A DNA stretch of 62,937 bases, counting the filler, from a bacterium (GTDB lineage Bacteria > JBDRGX01): the NCBI GenBank assembly GCA_043817485.1. It is 6 parts of 6 records of this genome, joined end to end, with 100 filler letters (N's around TTAATTAATTAA, not from the genome) between each part and the next. Parts side by side here need not be neighbours in the genome. Positions count along the whole stretch, not along the records: positions 56,016 to 62,937 come from JBDRGX010000061.1; 5 more parts are not named here. The stretch is one strand, 5' to 3'. The position numbers and the translations under genes are program-made. Below are positions 58,415-62,937 of the stretch, in pieces; the stretch's first letter is position 1, and every line of letters starts with the position of its first letter. The notes under the pieces are model-generated. The model was not told where the DNA came from. It searched no databases and worked only from the letters and a program-made list of their open reading frames with translations.

Positions 58415-59307
58415 GTTAAAACTCCTTTTTGTAAATGAAGTCTATTTTCTGCTTGATCAAAAACACAAGAATTTTCTCCTTCTAATACTTCTTCTGTAAT
58501 TTCTTCTCCTCTATGTGCTGGAAGACAATGCATTACTAAACAATCTTTTTTAGCACTCAAAAGAAGTTTTTTATTTACTTGATATTTTTTAAATATTTTT
58601 TTTCTTGTAATATTTTCTTTTTCATATCCCATACTTGTCCAAACATCAGTATAAATTATATCTGCTCCAGATACTGCTTCTTGAGGATCTCGAGTTAATA
58701 CAATCTCACATTTATTTTTTAAAGCCTCATCTTTTGCTTTATTTAAAAGATCTGTATCTACATCAAATCCTTCTGGAATGGCTAAATATAAATTTAATTT
58801 TACTTTTGGACTAATAGCAATAAAAGAACGACAAACATTATTTCCATCTCCAATCCATGCTAATTTAAGTCCTGCTAATCGGTTTTTTTTTCTTAAAATA
58901 GTATAAATATCTGCTAATACTTGACAAGGATGTTCATAATTAGAAAGAGCATTAATAACTGGAATACTGCTTTCTTTTGCCAATTCTACAATAGTTTCAT
59001 GTTGAAAAGTTCGAATAACAATACCATTCAAATATCGAGATAAAATTTTAGATATATCTTTAATCAATTCTCTTTGTCCCATTTAAAAATCTTCAAAAGG
59101 TAAACAAAAACTTTGTCCTCCTAATTGATAAATTCCTACTTCAAAAGAAACTTTGGTTCTCAAAGAAGGTAAATTAAAAATTAATCCAATTGATTTTCCT
59201 TCTAATGTTTTTGGATGTTTTTCATGATGAATGCTTTCTGTAAGCATTAAAATTTCTTCTATTTCTTCTATACATAAATCATTAAGACTAATTAAATCTT
59301 TTTTCAT
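58396..59307 (-). pseudogene. argF: Ornithine carbamoyltransferase with in-frame TAA at 59083-59085
   Basis: ORFs 59083-59307 (PSLRTKVSFE) and 58396-59082 (HPCQ, GDGNNV, DVWTSMG, HCLPAHRG) are contiguous and in the same frame, separated only by TAA. Confidence 0.92.
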
Positions 59308-59478
59308 TTCATTTCCTTAAATTTTCTAAAATGTTTTATAGTTATATTTATTACAAAATAACTTAATAAGATTATTATTGAATTTATTTTTATTTTAAAA
59401 TTTTTCAAAATGAATTTTTATTAATATTTGTCCATAATTGTCAATATTATTTTAAAAAATGTGATTACTAAATTAAAA

Positions 59479-59510
59479 ATGGGGATTGAATTTTAAAATT
59501 CAATCCCCAT
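59479..59510. terminator. Perfect 32-bp palindrome, probable terminator of the TPR gene
   Basis: ATGGGGATTGAATTTTAAAATTCAATCCCCAT, 20 bp after the stop at 59531. Confidence 0.7.
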
Positions 59511-59530
59511 AGGAGGAGAAAAATGAAAAA

Positions 59531-60070
59531 TTACATTAAACTATTGATAAAATTTTTATAAATCTCTTCTTGTTTAATTTCATTAAATTTAAACATATTA
59601 TCCAAATAACTTACAAATGTATTTAAAGATTCTCCTTTTGTTTTCCATTGTTTTTTTAAATATTTTACTGTATAATTATATTTCCCTTGCATAGAATAAC
59701 ATTCAGCCATTTTTATATATAAATCTTCTTTTATATATTTTGATTTTTCAACTTTTCTATATTCTTCAATTGCTTTTTTATACTCATTTGATAATTGATA
59801 CAATTTTCCTAATTGTAAATGAATAAAAGGTTGTTTAGAATCTATTTCAAGTGCTCTTTTATAAGAAAGAATTGCTTCACCATATTTTTTTTCATTACAA
59901 CATACTAAACCTAAGTTAGAATAATTTTCAAAAGATTGCTTTTTTATAACTGCTTTTTTACATTCCTGAAAAGTCATTTCGCCTTTTAAATCATTAGCTA
60001 CAACCATATTACTAATACTTAAAATAATTATACTTACTATTAATTTTATAATTTTATTTATTTTCTTCAT
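59531..60070 (-). CDS. Secreted tetratricopeptide repeat protein
   Basis: Signal peptide; NLG.......YGEAI.SYKRALEID and LGKLY......KAIEEY TPR units. Confidence 0.85.
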   Translation of the reverse strand: MKKINKIIKLIVSIIILSISNMVVANDLKGEMTFQECKKAVIKKQSFENYSNLGLVCCNEKKYGEAILSYKRALEIDSKQPFIHLQLGKLYQLSNEYKKAIEEYRKVEKSKYIKEDLYIKMAECYSMQGKYNYTVKYLKKQWKTKGESLNTFVSYLDNMFKFNEIKQEEIYKNFINSLM

Positions 60071-60085
60071 AATGCCTTTAAATAT

Positions 60086-60102
60086 AGCAATTATTATGCC
60101 AA
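60086..60102 (-). promoter_or_regulatory. Sigma54 (-24/-12) promoter
   Basis: Minus strand TTGGCATAATAATTGCT with canonical GG-N10-GC spacing, just upstream of the ATG at 60070. Confidence 0.75.
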
Positions 60103-60178
60103 ACTTATAAAATTAGTTATAGATTGGCACTATACTGCATTTTTAAACAATTTCATATTAAATCAATATTTCACAATA

Positions 60179-60267
60179 TCTCAAAATGTCTCATTGTGAA
60201 ATAATGATTTGAGAATTTTTGAGACAATTTTGAGAAAATGAGACAAGGATGAGACAAATCTCAAAAT
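60179..60267. promoter_or_regulatory. Array of TGAGA(CA)/TCTCA motifs, putative enhancer-binding-protein sites
   Basis: TGAGA at 60210, 60220, 60231, 60239 and 60250; TCTCA at 60179, 60189 and 60259; about 80-165 bp upstream of the sigma54 promoter. Confidence 0.55.
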
Positions 60268-60508
60268 ATTTATTTAAAAATTTTTTAAAAGAAAAATTAG
60301 ATTAAAAATTCATGATGCCCCTACAAATAATTGCCACACACAGGCAAACAACCGTTCGCCTTTACACAAACCAATTATTTTAAATAATTTCCTTGATGAT
60401 TTAATAAAGAATGGTTACCATGTGAGGGCATCAATCACACAAAAAACAAAAAAAACTTGACAGAAAAATAGAAGGTTATAAAGTTATATAAAAATAATTC
60501 ATTTATTA

Positions 60509-61504
60509 ATGCTTACAAATATATTTTATGGACAAAAAATGATAAAATCTTTTTTGATTGAACAAAATAATTTAAAATCAAATATAAGTGCAGAAGAAAT
60601 TAGAGAAGTAATAAAAAATAAACCAAAAGATACTTATATTTGGGTTGATATAGAAGGTGATACAGATGAAGAAAATATTTTTATTTTAAGTGATGTTTTT
60701 GAATTTCATGCTTTAACAATAGAAGAATGTATTTTCCCTTCTGATAATCCTAAAGTTAATAGATATGATTCATATTTATTTATTGTTATGCATGCTATTG
60801 GAATTATAAAAGAAGATGAAATTGAAACTTTTGAATTAAATGTCTTTTTGGGAGAAAATTATTTAGTCACTTTTCATCCATTTCCCATTAAAAACATTTC
60901 AATATATCAACAAAATAGCAAAAAAATTTTACAACAAAAAAGTCCAGATTTTTTATTATATTCTTTTACAAATGCTTTAATGGAAAATTACTCACCTTTA
61001 ATTGCCCAAATAGATAAACAATTAGACAAATTAGAAAATGAATTGTTGAAAGATCCAACTAATAAAAAATTAGAAGAAATTTTTGGTTTAAAAAAAAAAA
61101 TATTACTTTTTATTAGAATTATTATTCCACAAAAAGAAACAATTGGAATACTTTCTCGAATGGAAACATCTTTTATAAAAAGTGATACAAAAATTTATTT
61201 TCGTGATGTTTATGAACAATATATAAGAATTTCTGAAACTATAATTTCTTATCGTGATATGCTTACAAATACTTTAGATGCGTATACTTCAATGATTTCT
61301 AATCGATTAAATGAAGTCATGAAAGTATTAACTTCTATTTCTACTATTATTTTACCTTTAACTTTTATCGCAAGTTTATATGGAATGAATTTTAAATTTA
61401 TGCCAGAAATTTATTGGAAATATGGTTATTTTGTTACTTTAGGTGTAATGGCTACAATTGTTGTTGTTTTACTTATATTTTTTAAAAAGAAAAAATGGTT
61501 CTAA
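60509..61504 (+). CDS. corA: Magnesium/cobalt transporter CorA
   Basis: WVDI, FH.L.IE, YFRDVY, LNEVMKVLT, YGMNFKFMPE. True start may be 60539. Confidence 0.96.
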   Translation: MLTNIFYGQKMIKSFLIEQNNLKSNISAEEIREVIKNKPKDTYIWVDIEGDTDEENIFILSDVFEFHALTIEECIFPSDNPKVNRYDSYLFIVMHAIGIIKEDEIETFELNVFLGENYLVTFHPFPIKNISIYQQNSKKILQQKSPDFLLYSFTNALMENYSPLIAQIDKQLDKLENELLKDPTNKKLEEIFGLKKKILLFIRIIIPQKETIGILSRMETSFIKSDTKIYFRDVYEQYIRISETIISYRDMLTNTLDAYTSMISNRLNEVMKVLTSISTIILPLTFIASLYGMNFKFMPEIYWKYGYFVTLGVMATIVVVLLIFFKKKKWF

Positions 61505-61507
61505 AAA

Positions 61508-62524
61508 ATGAAATTTCCAGAATTAAGACAAGATATAACCAATCGTAGTTGGGTAATAATTGCTCCAAGTAGATCTAAAAAACCTTCTGATTTTGAGAAA
61601 AAAAATCAAATAAAGGAAAAAATCCAGCCTCAATATTCCTCAGATTGTCCTTTTTGTTTAGGAAATGAAAAACAAGATGAAAACAGAGAAGTTATTAGAA
61701 TAGGTAATAAAAAAAATTGGAAAATAAGAATTTTAAAAAATAAATTCCCAGCATTAGAAGAAAAAGGAAAACGAATTTGGAAAGTCAATGGAATAAAAAG
61801 ACTAATGTTAGGAATAGGAATACATGAAGTTATTGTTGAAACACCTTATCATAATTTAACGCTTGCTACTATGACTCAAAATCATGTAAAAGAAATTTTA
61901 AAAGCATATCTTTTAAGATCTTCTCAAATTGCTAAAGATAAAAGAATAGAACAAATCATTATTTTTAAAAATCATAAAGAAATGGCTGGTGCTTCTCTTA
62001 TCCATTCTCATTCACAAATAATTGCTACACCTATTATTCCTTTTCAAACAAAAATATATTTAGAAGAAAGCGCTCGTTATTTTGATAACACTGGAGAATG
62101 TATTTTTTGTAAAATAATTAAAGATGAATTAAAAGAAAAAATTAGAATTGTTTTAGAAAACAAAAGTTTTGTATCTCTTGTCCCTTATGGAGCTTCTTCG
62201 CCTTTTCATCTTTGGATTATTCCTAAAAAACATAATGCTTCTTTTTTAAAAATTACTTCCAATGAAATAAATGATTTATCTTCTATTTTAAAAAATACTT
62301 TGGCTAAATTATATTTTGGATTAAATGATCCAGCTTATAATTATGTTCTTTGTTCTTCTCCTATAGATATATTAAAAAGCGATTCATTGCATTGGTATAT
62401 AAATATAGTAGCCCGAGTAACTAAAATTGCAGGATTTGAAATTGGTTCAGGAATGTTTATCAATCCAATACCTCCAGAAGAAAGTGCTGATTTTCTTCGT
62501 AAAGTAAAAATAGATAAGGGATAA
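61508..62524 (+). CDS. galT: Galactose-1-phosphate uridylyltransferase family protein
   Basis: ELRQD, CPFC.GNE, NKFPAL, HEVIVE, GASL.HSHSQI, CIFC, AGFE.GSG.FINP. Confidence 0.92.
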   Translation: MKFPELRQDITNRSWVIIAPSRSKKPSDFEKKNQIKEKIQPQYSSDCPFCLGNEKQDENREVIRIGNKKNWKIRILKNKFPALEEKGKRIWKVNGIKRLMLGIGIHEVIVETPYHNLTLATMTQNHVKEILKAYLLRSSQIAKDKRIEQIIIFKNHKEMAGASLIHSHSQIIATPIIPFQTKIYLEESARYFDNTGECIFCKIIKDELKEKIRIVLENKSFVSLVPYGASSPFHLWIIPKKHNASFLKITSNEINDLSSILKNTLAKLYFGLNDPAYNYVLCSSPIDILKSDSLHWYINIVARVTKIAGFEIGSGMFINPIPPEESADFLRKVKIDKG

Positions 62525-62526
62525 TT

Positions 62527-62937
62527 TTGAATAAACCAGATTTAATTTTACTTCATCCTCCAAGTATTTATGATTTTAGAAAAAGAAATATTATGTTTGG
62601 GCCTATAAGTGATGTTGTTCCCTCAACTCCAATATTTGAAATGTATCCTTTGGGTTTTATGACCATTGTTTCTTATTTAAAAAAATATAATTTAGAAGTT
62701 CGTATTATAAATCTTGCTCTTAAAATGTTATTACAATCAAACCTAAATGTTGAAAATCTAATTAAAAAATTAAATCCTTTAGCATTTGGTTTATCTCTTC
62801 ATTGGCTGCCTCATGTACATGGTTGTTTAAAAATAGCTCAATTAATAAAAAAATATCATCCTCAAACACCAATAATTGTTGGAGGAATTTCTGCTTCTTA
62901 TTATCATCAAGAACTTATTTCTTTACCTTATATTGAT
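62527..62937 (+). CDS. B12-binding domain/radical SAM protein, TIGR04190-like (runs off window)
   Basis: TTG start, MNKPDLILLHPPSIYDFR...GPISDVVPSTPIFEMYPLGF...RIINLA.KML...LHWLPH.HG...VGGISAS. Not in the ORF track. Confidence 0.8.
   Translation, partial: MNKPDLILLHPPSIYDFRKRNIMFGPISDVVPSTPIFEMYPLGFMTIVSYLKKYNLEVRIINLALKMLLQSNLNVENLIKKLNPLAFGLSLHWLPHVHGCLKIAQLIKKYHPQTPIIVGGISASYYHQELISLPYID

Noticed and set aside
59083-59085. Stop-codon reassignment (alternative genetic code)
   Set aside because: TAA, TAG and TGA all terminate conserved genes at the expected positions and TGG encodes Trp; the in-frame stops are isolated.
60124-60140. Plus-strand TGGCACTATACTGCA as a second sigma54 promoter
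   Set aside because: GG-to-GC spacing is one base short of the strict requirement.

Overview
This window is not one continuous locus. It is six contigs of a very AT-rich, probably uncultured diderm bacterium (MAG/SAG-like), joined by artificial 100-bp N44-TTAATTAATTAA-N44 linkers, so adjacency across linkers is meaningless. Contig 1 (1-16856) starts with a higher-GC decayed type I restriction-modification locus (hsdS tail, two tandem rhuM, hsdR remnant) plus ade-hpt. It continues with argD, tyrS and a cluster of PorV-like/beta-barrel genes and secreted proteins sharing a near-identical C-terminal T9SS/FlgD-Ig-like tag. Contig 2 carries thiC/thiE/thiD2, rfaE2, gmhA and accBC, with +1 homopolymer frameshifts in gmhA and accB. 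Contig 3 carries V-ATPase E/C/F, yggS, murJ, zapA, glyA, ndk, comEC, secG, folK and dapL, then an orphan two-repeat type I-C CRISPR mini-array abutting a transposase remnant and the tail of a type III restriction Res gene. Contig 4 has a POTRA gene truncated by a probable IS end, rhomboid, ilvE, wtpA, an Xaa-Pro peptidase, a giant frameshifted secreted protein, an AIPR gene with an attC-like site, and a class III aminotransferase. Contig 5 has recG and an unusual receiver-TM-beta-propeller protein coupled to a membrane PHP protein. Contig 6 has argF (in-frame TAA)-argG-argH, a TPR gene with a sigma54-type promoter, corA, galT and a TIGR04190-like radical SAM gene. No tRNA or rRNA genes were recognised. 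All calls come from motif recognition by eye; no searches were run.
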